This document shows, piece by piece, positions 22,421-32,172 of a DNA stretch of 64,000 bases (position 1 is its first letter; each line of letters begins with the position of its first letter). Under the pieces are notes generated by a model. That model had not been told where the DNA came from, did no database searches, and saw nothing but the letters and a program-made list of their open reading frames with translations. The position numbers were made by a program, and so were the translations under genes. The stretch comes from an uncultured bacterium (GTDB lineage Bacteria; Babelota; Babeliae; Babelales; Vermiphilaceae), in assembly GCA_963727255.1 (NCBI GenBank), contig CAVSFC010000002.1, forward strand, positions 96,001-160,000, in the 5' to 3' direction.

Positions 22421-23074
22421 ATGAAATACGCATCGGTATTTGTACTTGCATTAGTATTCAACAGTAATTATTTAGTCGCTATGGAAAATCAAGAACAAAA
22501 AAAACAACAGCTGCTCAGTGACTCAAAAGAAAATGAACTGAGCGCTGACGAAACAAAGCACTTTAATTGGTTTCGTGAACAACATCCCAAACTCGCTACA
22601 CATCCCCTAAAAAAATTATCTGCTGAAGATCAGAAAGCTTTCAGTAATGAGCAGCTGAGTCTAGAAAGAATAATGGATTCTCGTTCTAAGTATGTCGATG
22701 CATTCTGGGGTTTGGTAGAACAAGCAAAAATAGATCGGGATGGCTATCATAAAGATGTGCTCAAAATTGCCTGCGTAAAAACGGCTCTAAATATGCGAAC
22801 AGGAAACGTTCCAAAACCGACTGATGAAATATCTGCAAAAACCTACGTGTTTACAAAACAACTTAGTAAAGAAGAACAAGATACTTGGATGAAAGATGCT
22901 TATCTTACAATTCTTAAAGCAGCAATGCCTTCTGTTACAAAATGGAGCGACGGGGTTGCAAATTGGCTTGCCGATCTAAAACAAATTGAAAATACTCAAG
23001 AAGCAAAAGAACAAAAATCTGATGAACTATTCAAGGCAAAAATAGTCGAGCTCACCAAAGCGTATTTGAACTAA
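22421..23074 (+). CDS. Exported hypothetical protein (signal peptide then ME)
   Basis: AAGGAG RBS; MKYASVFVLALVFNSNYLVA|MEN. Confidence 0.75.
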   Translation: MKYASVFVLALVFNSNYLVAMENQEQKKQQLLSDSKENELSADETKHFNWFREQHPKLATHPLKKLSAEDQKAFSNEQLSLERIMDSRSKYVDAFWGLVEQAKIDRDGYHKDVLKIACVKTALNMRTGNVPKPTDEISAKTYVFTKQLSKEEQDTWMKDAYLTILKAAMPSVTKWSDGVANWLADLKQIENTQEAKEQKSDELFKAKIVELTKAYLN

Positions 23075-23117
23075 GAGTCCCGACAAAAATGAAATACCTC
23101 TTTTTGAGGCTTATAAA

Positions 23118-24059
23118 TTATTTTTTTTCAAATAATTTTTTGTATTTTCCATACCCTTCTTTTTCTAACTCTTCAACCGGAATAAAACGCAAGGATGCTG
23201 AATTTATACAATAACGCAAACCTTTAGGTGCAGGACCATCATCAAAAACATGTCCTAAATGCGAATCGGCAGTTTTCCCGCGCACTTCGGTGCGATGCAT
23301 GCCATGGCTTATATCTTCTTTTTCAACAATTTCATTTGGTTCAAGCGGCCGCATAAAACTCGGCCATCCAGTCCCTGAATCAAATTTATCAAGAGAACTA
23401 AATAACGGCTGACCAGAAACTCGATCCACATAAATGCCGGCGCGTTTATTATCCCAATATTCATTTTTAAACGGCGGCTCAGTGCCGCATTCACGAATCA
23501 CTTGATGTTGCAGCGGGGTGAGTTTTGGTTCTGCCCATGCATTAAATAAAAATTCATCTCGGCCCGATGCTTTCCGATAGGCATGGTAGCGCTCAGGATT
23601 TTTTTTATAATATTCTTGATGATATTCCTCTGCAGGATAAAAATTAGTGTAAGCAATCAATGCAACAGAAATCGGTTTTTTAAATAATTTATTTGCTTGC
23701 AAAATATCAATCATCTTCCGGGCAATCTCTTGCTGCAATGCATCATGATAAAAAATTACTGGCCGATATCCCGGGCCACGATCAGCAAATTGCCCACCCG
23801 AATCGGTTGGATCAATTTGGTGAAAAAAAAGATTCACGAGCGTTTGATAGCTCACGCGATCCGGATCAAAAGTTACTTGGATAACTTCAACATATCCTTT
23901 TTGAGCATAATCTTGATAGGTAGGATTATCACCGGTGCCGCCTGCATAGCCAGAGATTACTTGAGTAACTCCCTCAGTATTTTCAAATGGCTGCACCATA
24001 CACCAAAAGCAGCCGCCACCAAAAGTTGCCGTTTGCAAATTTTTTTTTATACTCATCAT
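23118..24059 (-). CDS. msrAB: Bifunctional methionine sulfoxide reductase MsrA/MsrB
   Basis: GGGCFWC and [10 protein letters not shown] (MsrA); [27 protein letters not shown] (MsrB). Confidence 0.97.
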   Translation of the reverse strand: MMSIKKNLQTATFGGGCFWCMVQPFENTEGVTQVISGYAGGTGDNPTYQDYAQKGYVEVIQVTFDPDRVSYQTLVNLFFHQIDPTDSGGQFADRGPGYRPVIFYHDALQQEIARKMIDILQANKLFKKPISVALIAYTNFYPAEEYHQEYYKKNPERYHAYRKASGRDEFLFNAWAEPKLTPLQHQVIRECGTEPPFKNEYWDNKRAGIYVDRVSGQPLFSSLDKFDSGTGWPSFMRPLEPNEIVEKEDISHGMHRTEVRGKTADSHLGHVFDDGPAPKGLRYCINSASLRFIPVEELEKEGYGKYKKLFEKK

Positions 24060-24273
24060 TTTTTCTCCAAGTTTCTTTTTAAATGTCGTTACTCTAATAA
24101 TTTTTAATAAATTGAGCAAATATCATAGACTTTTACAGGAATTTTTGAGCAATTAAGTTGCGCTTCACTTTACACGCAACAAAACTATTTATTTATCCGC
24201 ATTGATTTTAACTTGAAGTATTGACAAAAATAAATCAACTTTCACATAATGAAATAATAAGTTAAGGGGTCGC

Positions 24274-25287
24274 GTGTTTAAAAAAATTTTTTTTCTATTT
24301 TTAGCATTACTGAATATTTCTTCAGCTGCGATGCAACTGGAAACAATCAGTTTAATTAGTTCAGATGGCAAGACGTTTATAATCTCAAAAAAAGCTGCTG
24401 AATTTTCTGGAACAATTAAAAACTTAATTAATGATATTGGCGCATCAGAGCCTATAGCATTCACGAATATTTCTAGTGAGGATTTGGAACTCATTTCATC
24501 ACATTTGCAGTTAATCGAAAATCTACAGCAAGATAGATTGGGACAATATAATTTGAGGCAGGCTCGAACTAACCTGAGACCTCAAATTAAAAAGCTTTCG
24601 CCTCAAAAACTAATCGATCTTTTACTTATAGCAAATTATCTTGATATTCAACCTTTAATCAACGCATATGCCATGGCACTTATTATGTTAATGCCTGAAG
24701 AATATTACATCTTTTCATATGGTTTTGAAAAAAAAGTAATCATTGAAAAAAGTTTTTTACAAAGCTATTTTGCCGAATTACTAAAAGATACTAAGAAAAC
24801 AATTCCTACAGAAATGATCAGCTATATGGAAAAAATGCAAAATGAAATAATAGAAGAAGTTGAGAATCGAAACAAAAAAACGATAGAATTATTTAGACTT
24901 TTAGAAGCAAAAAAAAGTAACCAAAATACAATAAAGATGAAAAAATTAATTGATGAAGGTATTAACATCAACAAGCGAGATAAATGGGGAACTCCTCTTA
25001 TTAAATCAATAATTCATAATCACTACGATATTGCATTAGATTTGATTAGTTCAGGGGCAAATGTAAATCTAGTAAGTAGTGATGGCCGAACCGCATTAAT
25101 GAAACTGGCTGCAGGTTCTGATGTAAAAAAAGAACCTTGTCCACATCTCGAAATATTTGACGCCCTTCTTAAAGCTAAAGCCGATTTAAATATAAAAGAT
25201 TTCTCTGGTAATACCGCATTATCTATAGCGGTTACCGTAGCACATAAGCCAATGATTAGGGCTCTTAAGCAAGCTGGAGCAAGATAA
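24274..25287 (+). CDS. Exported Skp1/Elongin-C-like BTB domain plus ankyrin repeats fusion
   Basis: ISLISSDGKTFII...SGTIKNLINDIG...LIDLLLIANYLDIQPL; C-terminal GTPLIKS, GANVN..SSDGRTALM, ADLN.KD.SGNTALS; signal ending SAA|MQ. Confidence 0.85.
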   Translation: MFKKIFFLFLALLNISSAAMQLETISLISSDGKTFIISKKAAEFSGTIKNLINDIGASEPIAFTNISSEDLELISSHLQLIENLQQDRLGQYNLRQARTNLRPQIKKLSPQKLIDLLLIANYLDIQPLINAYAMALIMLMPEEYYIFSYGFEKKVIIEKSFLQSYFAELLKDTKKTIPTEMISYMEKMQNEIIEEVENRNKKTIELFRLLEAKKSNQNTIKMKKLIDEGININKRDKWGTPLIKSIIHNHYDIALDLISSGANVNLVSSDGRTALMKLAAGSDVKKEPCPHLEIFDALLKAKADLNIKDFSGNTALSIAVTVAHKPMIRALKQAGAR

Positions 25288-25313
25288 GTTATAGCTATCG
25301 GCCTGCTTGCCTG

Positions 25314-25349
25314 CCCGCAGAAACTTGCAGAGCCAAGGCCCGGATAAGC
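25314..25349 (-). repeat. Palindromic repeat family copy (degenerate)
   Basis: Reverse strand GCTTATCCGGGCCTTGGCTCTGCAAGTTTCTGCGGG resembles 54242-54279 and 49338-49374. Confidence 0.6.
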
Positions 25350-25408
25350 TGCTCTGGGACGCTCAAAAGCCCTTCGATGCAATCATAAATGTGTACGACA
25401 GTCAACGA

Positions 25409-25485
25409 TGGTGTGCCCGATAGGATTCGAACCTATGACCTACGGATTAGAAATCCGTTGCTCTATCCAGCTGAGCTACGGGCAC
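25409..25485 (-). tRNA. tRNA-Arg (anticodon UCU)
   Basis: GTGCCCGTAGCTCAGCTGGATAGAGCAACGGATTTCTAATCCGTAGGTCATAGGTTCGAATCCTATCGGGCACACCA; 77 nt with encoded CCA. Confidence 0.97.
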
Positions 25486-25612
25486 GAGGAATTTCAGGGG
25501 TCACAAGAAAAGATAAATTATAGTATACGCAAGCCATTAAATAGCGCAAATATTTGCAAAAAAATAAGGCCTGCGGTTCTGCAGGCCTCAAGTATCAATT
25601 CAAAGATTGAGC

Positions 25613-26233
25613 TTATCGCTTTTCGTCGAATCTAAAATAGTTATATGCATATGCTGCGAGAGCACCGCCCAGCAATGCCCCGCCGACATAAAGCAATAAA
25701 TTCATACCATTGAGCGGAAGGCCTTTTGCCATACCAACAATATGAGAACCCAATGCAATGGCCGGGTTAAATAAACCGCCTGAAATTGGGCTGCCTAATG
25801 CTGCCAATGCAGGGATGGTAAAACCGATAGCGAAGCCAAAAACAGAGCTATTTTTAAAGCGATCTGATATTGCAACAACCAGTACTACTAGGCAAAGTAC
25901 AAAAGCAAGAAGCACTTCAACTAAAAACGATTTTCCAAAAGGAGCTAATGGATGTGGGATGGTGAGTTGGCCACTCAAATAAAATGCGACCGCGAAAGCC
26001 AAAATACCGCCAAGCACCTGTGCGAACCAATAACGAAAAATTGAAGCCCATTGCCATCTTCCGTGCAGTCCCACTGCTAAGGTTACTGCTGGGTTATAAT
26101 GGCCACCTGAAATATAACCACCAATATATATCCATGCCATCAGCATGCATGCTATCGCTAACGCATTCGCGGTTAACGCGATGGTAAGCAAGAAGAAGAA
26201 TGTGCCGAGGAACTCCACAACTAGACGTCTCAT
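25613..26233 (-). CDS. Aquaporin (MIP family)
   Basis: EFLGTF; SGGHYNPAVT; SGGLFNPA (two NPA motifs). Confidence 0.95.
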   Translation of the reverse strand: MRRLVVEFLGTFFFLLTIALTANALAIACMLMAWIYIGGYISGGHYNPAVTLAVGLHGRWQWASIFRYWFAQVLGGILAFAVAFYLSGQLTIPHPLAPFGKSFLVEVLLAFVLCLVVLVVAISDRFKNSSVFGFAIGFTIPALAALGSPISGGLFNPAIALGSHIVGMAKGLPLNGMNLLLYVGGALLGGALAAYAYNYFRFDEKR

Positions 26234-26391
26234 AGGACTCCTTTGAAGAAAAAAAGGGGACTAGGGTTTATTAACAAGAGAAATCTAGTAACTACCGTAC
26301 CTGTAAGTCAAGAATCAAAACATACTCGCAGGTGATCTTAAGTTTGTGGCATATTAAAAAATGTTTAAACTATAAAGGGTGGGGACTCATT

Positions 26392-28356
26392 ATGAATTAT
26401 ATTACAGTTTTAACATTGGTAATTATGACTATGCCGCATTTGCAATCTCAGCCAGCATCACAGCCAGTTACGCAAGCAACCGCATCAATTAAAACGCTTT
26501 TTAGCGATAAGAAAAATTCTGATTTGTATTGGCATGCACTGATACAACTTTCTAAAAATAATAAAGATGCTGCTCTTGCTCTTATAGCGGAAGCCCAAAA
26601 AGATGATGTCCAACCTTCTTCACTCGATTTTGATCCTACTGATAGTATTGAGACATGTTTTGATAAACTTTTTATTCATTCGGTTGCTCATGATCCGCAA
26701 ACCTTGAGCTATTTTGGTCTTTTTGAATCAATTGGTTTTAAAGCTCACAATGCCCACTTAACTGATGTCACCGTCAAAGCATTTTTAGATGACCTCGAAG
26801 TAAAAAAGAAATGTCTTAAAGCGCTCAAAAAATATGAGCATCAATCGCTGAACCGCGAGCAATACATTTCATACAAAGTTATTGCTTGGATATTTGAGCA
26901 TGCGGTTGCAACAGAACCATATATCTTTCATGAATATAAATTAAACCAGATGTTTGGCATTCTTTCTGATCTTTCAAGCACATTCACCCGCTTTCATAGA
27001 TTAGAATTACCTGAAGATGCCGAGCTCTACCTTGCCCGTTTGCAAAAAATTCCTGAGCAAATTGCGCAGACCGTAGCTCTATTAGAACATCAAAAAAGTT
27101 CTGGTATTATACCGCCGATCTTTGCACTTGAAAAGGTTATTTTGAGCATCAAGAAATCCATTCCAGAGCCATTAACTGAATGCTTCTTATACACCCATCT
27201 GGCAGATGCGAGCAAAGCAATACCCGAGTGCGATCATCAGATGCTCATATCTCGCGCGCAAACCATCATGCAAACATATGTATATCCGGCTTATCAAAAA
27301 TTGCTAGGCTATTGCCAACAGCTTCATGCGGATTGCAAAAACGTGCACGGCGTTTGGGCGCTACCCAATGGAGATGCTTTTTATAAGCACTGCCTGGCCC
27401 GCCATACCACAACATCATTAACCGCCGATGAAATTCACGCATTAGGATTGCGCGAAGTTGCCATAATACAAAAAGAAATGCGCGAAATCTTTGCACGTGA
27501 AGGGATTATAAATCCTGATAAAACGGTCGGACAATTAATGCAAGAGCTCTCTAAAGATCCGCAGTTTTATTTCCCTGCAACAGAGGAGGGGCGCAAACAG
27601 TGTCTTGCGCAGTATGAGGCAATTTTAGAGCGTTGTAGAAAAGAACTGTATCCATTATTTGATATCAAACCCAAGGCGCCCGTAAAAGTTGAAGCCGTTC
27701 CTGCGCATGAAGAAGAAGGTATGCCAGGGGCCTATTATAGCGGACCAAGTTATGATGGTAAGCGCCCAGGCATTTTTTATGCTAATCTCCGTAATTTAGC
27801 CGAAATGCCCAATTTTGGCATGGAAACACTCGCTATCCATGAGGCGGAGCCAGGCCATCACTTTCAAATTGCATTGCAAAAAGAGATGGATATGCCTATA
27901 ATGCGCAAATTTAGCGAATTTACTGCATATGTTGAAGGATGGGCTCTTTACACCGAAAAATTGGCATATGAGCACAATTTTTATTCTTCTTCATTTGCGC
28001 AGCTTGGGCACTTGCAAGATGAATTATTGCGAGCAGTGCGATTGGTAGTTGATACTGGCATCCATAAGAAACGCTGGTCTCGCGAACAAGCAATAGAATA
28101 TATGGCGCAAAACACCGGCTACCATCTGAGCAATGTTATCACCGAAGTTGAGCGATATTTTGTAATGCCAGGCCAAGCATGCGCATATAAGATTGGGCAA
28201 CTTAAAATATTGGAGCTGCGCAAGCGGGCCAAAGATACACTCAAAGAGAAATTTGATATTCGAGAGTTCCATAATGTGGTACTCACCTTAGGCGCAGCCC
28301 CACTGACCGTGCTTGAAGAAGCGGTAAATGATTATATTGCTCAAAAGTTGATTTGA
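26392..28356 (+). CDS. DUF885 family protein (putative metallopeptidase)
   Basis: HEAEPGHHFQ; EGWALYTE; RLVVDTGIH; PGQACAYKIG. Confidence 0.92.
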   Translation: MNYITVLTLVIMTMPHLQSQPASQPVTQATASIKTLFSDKKNSDLYWHALIQLSKNNKDAALALIAEAQKDDVQPSSLDFDPTDSIETCFDKLFIHSVAHDPQTLSYFGLFESIGFKAHNAHLTDVTVKAFLDDLEVKKKCLKALKKYEHQSLNREQYISYKVIAWIFEHAVATEPYIFHEYKLNQMFGILSDLSSTFTRFHRLELPEDAELYLARLQKIPEQIAQTVALLEHQKSSGIIPPIFALEKVILSIKKSIPEPLTECFLYTHLADASKAIPECDHQMLISRAQTIMQTYVYPAYQKLLGYCQQLHADCKNVHGVWALPNGDAFYKHCLARHTTTSLTADEIHALGLREVAIIQKEMREIFAREGIINPDKTVGQLMQELSKDPQFYFPATEEGRKQCLAQYEAILERCRKELYPLFDIKPKAPVKVEAVPAHEEEGMPGAYYSGPSYDGKRPGIFYANLRNLAEMPNFGMETLAIHEAEPGHHFQIALQKEMDMPIMRKFSEFTAYVEGWALYTEKLAYEHNFYSSSFAQLGHLQDELLRAVRLVVDTGIHKKRWSREQAIEYMAQNTGYHLSNVITEVERYFVMPGQACAYKIGQLKILELRKRAKDTLKEKFDIREFHNVVLTLGAAPLTVLEEAVNDYIAQKLI

Positions 28357-28359
28357 TTT

Positions 28360-28752
28360 TTATCTATGCCAACAAATTGCTTTAGCCTCGGCCTCTTGCT
28401 TCGCCTTTTCTCGAGCTATCTCTTGCTCTGCATAACCATTCGATAACGCGGCAAAGAGTGTGCTTGCATCCCATGAGGAAAGTTGTTGCTCATGATTATT
28501 GTTCTTAAGTTTTGCCTTATAATGCCCGCCGTTAAGAACCGGATTCAAAAAAGTATTCCATTCACGCGTAACTATTGCTTCCCAGACTTCTTTTGAATTA
28601 TCCATTTTTACTTTACCTATATATTGGATAACTTTTTTCTTGTCATCTCCATTTTGCTTTCTTTCAATTACACTTTTGAAAACGTCAAAACCAATTCCCT
28701 GCAACGAAAATGAAAACATTGAAATAGAAAAAAGTATTAACTTTCTGTTCAT
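28360..28752 (-). CDS. Exported hypothetical protein
   Basis: 130-aa ORF with signal peptide MNRKLILFSISMFSFSLQG. Confidence 0.65.
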   Translation of the reverse strand: MNRKLILFSISMFSFSLQGIGFDVFKSVIERKQNGDDKKKVIQYIGKVKMDNSKEVWEAIVTREWNTFLNPVLNGGHYKAKLKNNNHEQQLSSWDASTLFAALSNGYAEQEIAREKAKQEAEAKAICWHR

Positions 28753-28898
28753 AAAAATCCTAAAAAAATTATTGAATACTTATTTAATGAGATATTCACT
28801 ATAGCAAAAAATAGCTAAAAACAAAGCAAAAAAGCCTTATTCAGCGTTTTTTTGGCATAAAAGCTTATCCGAAAATTATCATGCATAAAATTTTTATA

Positions 28899-29086
28899 CC
28901 CGCTCGTGGTGACCCCTTCGGTAAAACTCAGGAGAAACGCCCAGCCTGGCCGCCCCTTCGACTCGCCTCGCTCGCTCAGGATAAACTCGGCTTTTGGCGA
29001 CTTGTCCGGCGTAGCTTTAGCGAAGACGGAAGGCTGGCTCGAACCATTCGAGCGCTCGAATCCTTCGATAAACTCAGGACGAGCGG
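28899..29086. repeat. Nested composite of palindromic (REP/RPE-like) repeats
   Basis: GC-rich island in an AT-rich intergenic region; units recur at 36788-36869, 35965-35993 and 48513-48591. Confidence 0.85.
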
Positions 29087-29202
29087 CTTTTCGAATTTTC
29101 AGATAAACTCTAAAATCAATTTCAGAACGCTTTTTTTCAAAAAACGTTTAATCTAGGGCAAATTTAGCCTATTTCTGACCATTTTTAATGCATATTTTCA
29201 AT

Positions 29203-29230
29203 TTGACAATTTTTTAAAGGCATGTAAAAT
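29203..29230 (+). promoter_or_regulatory. Sigma70-type promoter
   Basis: TTGACA-N16-TAAAAT upstream of the PLD-like gene. Confidence 0.6.
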
Positions 29231-29292
29231 AGTAATAATACCATAAAAAGCCGCCCTCGGCTTATATAAATGAGGGCAAAATGGAGAAATTT

Positions 29293-30096
29293 ATGAAAAT
29301 TATACCTAAGCTTTTATCCTTAGTGATGTTGATTCTATGCAACATCACTTTTTTTGCTCCCAGCATTGCAATGGAAGAATCCCCTACCCAAGAAAGTTCG
29401 GCCTCAGACGATTTTCTAGACTCTTATATTCGGCAACTTCCAGATGAAAAAGAAGAAGAGAATTCAAAGCAAAATAAAAAGCGTAAAGCTGAAAATGAAA
29501 GTCCCCGAGAAATCCAATCGATTGTTGCTCCAATTCGCAAAATATATTTTGAACCTGATCAGATTAAAAAAGCAATAACCGATATTATAATGCAAGAACA
29601 AGGAAAAATTTGGGCCGCTTGTTACCTGGTAACATCGGACCCATTAACTGATGCATGGATCGCGCGAAAATTTGTGCAACAGTATGAAAAAGCAAAACAA
29701 GACAATAGCATCAAGGATATGATTAGCGCAACCCAACAATTAAAAACAATAAAGGATGATATTCTCATCGTTGATAAAGAAAATTTAAAAAAAGATACCC
29801 GTGCACTGAAAAAGCTTCACGAGCATGGCATTAAAGTACTCGTTAGAACCAAAGAACGTCAACCGACCAATAAAATGCAAGCCATGCATCTAAAATTTAT
29901 GGTAATTTATGATGAAAAAAATGAACAGGGTAAATTGCTCATCAAAGGTTCATATAATTTCACCAATCAGGCGCAATACAATTTTGAAGATGTTGAAATC
30001 ACTAATGATACCAACATCATTAATCTCTATCTTGAGCAGCATGAAAAGCTTCGCGATTATTGTGAGAATTTTAATGCTCTTTCGAACTCAAAATGA
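29293..30096 (+). CDS. Exported PLD-superfamily (Nuc/Zucchini-like) protein with NLS-like motif
   Basis: GGAG RBS; signal ending SIA|MEE; MHLKFMVIYD...KGSYNFTNQAQYNFED; KKRK. Confidence 0.8.
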   Translation: MKIIPKLLSLVMLILCNITFFAPSIAMEESPTQESSASDDFLDSYIRQLPDEKEEENSKQNKKRKAENESPREIQSIVAPIRKIYFEPDQIKKAITDIIMQEQGKIWAACYLVTSDPLTDAWIARKFVQQYEKAKQDNSIKDMISATQQLKTIKDDILIVDKENLKKDTRALKKLHEHGIKVLVRTKERQPTNKMQAMHLKFMVIYDEKNEQGKLLIKGSYNFTNQAQYNFEDVEITNDTNIINLYLEQHEKLRDYCENFNALSNSK

Positions 30097-30120
30097 TCGC
30101 CGCTTCTTATTGCAAGATTT

Positions 30121-31626
30121 TCATTCACCCTTGCCAGTGAAGACCAATGCGAATTCTTTGGCAACACCGATCAAATCATCTTTAATTTCATCGTTCACAT
30201 CGCCCGTTTGCAGAATCGCATCATAAATTGGGCGATAGACTGATTTGGTGAAGCTCACAAATTGCGTCGCAAACGCGTGTACCTTTTTTACATCAATCGC
30301 ATCAAGAAAATTTTCTTTAAGCAAAAAAAGCATTAATGCTTGATCCACAAAATTATAGGTGGTGTATTGCGGCTGTTTGAGCAGTTCAATAATGCGAGCG
30401 CCGCGCGCAAGTTTACGCTGCGAAACTTCATCAAGCTCGGTGCCAAATTGAGCAAAATCAAGCAGTTCATGATATTGCGCAAGCTCTAAGCGCAACGCTT
30501 TGGTCATTCGTTTAATTGCTGGTGTTTGGGCAGCACCGCCCACCCGAGACACCGATAATTCTACATTTACTGCGGGGCGCACACCCTGATTGAATAGCCG
30601 CGTATCCAAGAAAATTTGACCATCGGTGATAGAGATTAAATTAGTGGGAACATACGCAGTAATATCATCACTTTGAATTTGCACAATCGGTAATGCAGTA
30701 ATCGAACCGCCTGATGCTAATTTACCCGCACGCTCAAGCAAGCGAGAGTGCAGATAAAAGACATCGCCCGGATACGCCTCACGGCCCGGGGCCCTGCGCA
30801 AGAGCAAAGACATTTCACGATAGGCAATCGCATGATTTGAAAGATCATCATAAATAATTAATACATCTTTTTGCTGATCACGAAAAAATTCGCCGATTGT
30901 AGTTGCCGAATACGGCGCTAAATATTGATTTAAAACCGCCTCACTCGAATCAGCACTGACAATAATCGTATAATCAAGGGCGCCATTATCTTCCAATTCC
31001 TGAACAATGCGGGCCAAATTGGCTTGGCGTTGCGCAATTGAAACATAGATGCAAACAACATTTTTGCCCCGTTGATGCACAATGGTATCAAGCACTATTG
31101 AAGTTTTGCCCGTATTGCGATTGCCAATAATCAGTTCACGTTGGCCTCTGCCAACCGGCACTAATGCATCGATAGCAAGAATGCCTGTTTCTAATGATTC
31201 ATTTACCGGGCTGCGTTCAGTGATGCCGGCAACCGGTGCTTCTACGGGTCGCATTTGCTCAGCTTTTATTGGCCCGAGTGCATCAATTGGTTTGCCTAGC
31301 GCATTAAGAACACGGCCCATCATCGCATTGCTGACGGGAACTCTAAAAACATCATCGGTTCGTTTGGCAACTTCTAATTCTGCAACCGGAATACTATTAT
31401 CAAGCAAGAATATCGCAACTGAATCTTCATCAAGATTAAAAATAATTCCGCTATTGCCCCCTTCAAATTCAATCAACTCGCCATACATCGCTTTTTTTAA
31501 TCCATGTACCAAGCAGATATTATCACCTACTTTAATCACCAGACCAATTTCTTCAAGCCTCTCATCAGAAAACCCTTTAAGCGCTTTTTCAAATAATGAG
31601 ACAAGATCAGTTGTTTTAATATCCAT
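30121..31626 (-). CDS. atpA: F1 ATP synthase subunit alpha
   Basis: GRGQRELIIG; RRAPGREAYPGDVFYLHSRLLERA; PTNLISITDGQIFL. Confidence 0.98.
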   Translation of the reverse strand: MDIKTTDLVSLFEKALKGFSDERLEEIGLVIKVGDNICLVHGLKKAMYGELIEFEGGNSGIIFNLDEDSVAIFLLDNSIPVAELEVAKRTDDVFRVPVSNAMMGRVLNALGKPIDALGPIKAEQMRPVEAPVAGITERSPVNESLETGILAIDALVPVGRGQRELIIGNRNTGKTSIVLDTIVHQRGKNVVCIYVSIAQRQANLARIVQELEDNGALDYTIIVSADSSEAVLNQYLAPYSATTIGEFFRDQQKDVLIIYDDLSNHAIAYREMSLLLRRAPGREAYPGDVFYLHSRLLERAGKLASGGSITALPIVQIQSDDITAYVPTNLISITDGQIFLDTRLFNQGVRPAVNVELSVSRVGGAAQTPAIKRMTKALRLELAQYHELLDFAQFGTELDEVSQRKLARGARIIELLKQPQYTTYNFVDQALMLFLLKENFLDAIDVKKVHAFATQFVSFTKSVYRPIYDAILQTGDVNDEIKDDLIGVAKEFALVFTGKGE

Positions 31627-31635
31627 AATTTTTCC

Positions 31636-32172
31636 TCAGTCTTTTAATTGGCGCTCCACCGCAGCAAGCTGTTTGCGAATTGAGCATTCCCATACATGCT
31701 GCGTGCTTTGCAAGCGGATACCCGCGATTAATTCATCATCCTGCTCTTGCTTTATGGTAATAGTATGATTCGTTTTTTCGGCAAGAAACTGCTTAATAGT
31801 TTCTCTATCAGCATCGTCAAGCAAAATAGGTGTTCTTACTTCGAATAATTCTATTCCTGCTCGTTCTTCATAAAGCTGTACTATCCATCGAAGTATATCA
31901 TTAATCAGAAATGTTCGTTTTTGTGCGATTAGTACCGCGATCAATCGCCTAAAACTCTCAGGAAGTTTAAACCGCCCGATCAGATAATCCTCAAGAGCCT
32001 GAGCTTTTTTTGCGGCATCAAGAAGTGGAATTTTCAACATGAGAAAAACTTCGTCATGCTGATCTAAAAAAATAATCGCCTGTTTAATATCTTCAAGCGT
32101 TTCAGGAGCAAAAGGGAAAGTATTTAAAAATGCGAGCGCATACCGTTTTGAAATCATATGCCCACTGTTCAT
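31636..32172 (-). CDS. atpH: ATP synthase subunit delta
   Basis: SKRYALA; DDELIAGIRL...SIRKQL; directly upstream of atpA. Confidence 0.9.
   Translation of the reverse strand: MNSGHMISKRYALAFLNTFPFAPETLEDIKQAIIFLDQHDEVFLMLKIPLLDAAKKAQALEDYLIGRFKLPESFRRLIAVLIAQKRTFLINDILRWIVQLYEERAGIELFEVRTPILLDDADRETIKQFLAEKTNHTITIKQEQDDELIAGIRLQSTQHVWECSIRKQLAAVERQLKD

Noticed and set aside
25290..25485. Prophage or island integrated at tRNA-Arg
   Set aside because: No integrase and no duplicated tRNA 3' end seen in the window.
25408..25635. 75-aa ORF on the + strand
   Set aside because: Antisense shadow of tRNA-Arg.
28899..29086. CRISPR array or riboswitch
   Set aside because: No regularly spaced direct repeats with unique spacers, no cas genes; units recur inside unrelated genes.
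28881..29156. ORFs 28881..29156 and 28906..29106 (also 49304..49561 and 54202..54396)
   Set aside because: Open frames arise from stop-poor GC-rich palindromic repeats; no RBS or protein-like features.
31082..31768. Long antisense ORFs over atpA, groEL, recD2 and the fibre gene
   Set aside because: Shadows of well-supported opposite-strand genes.
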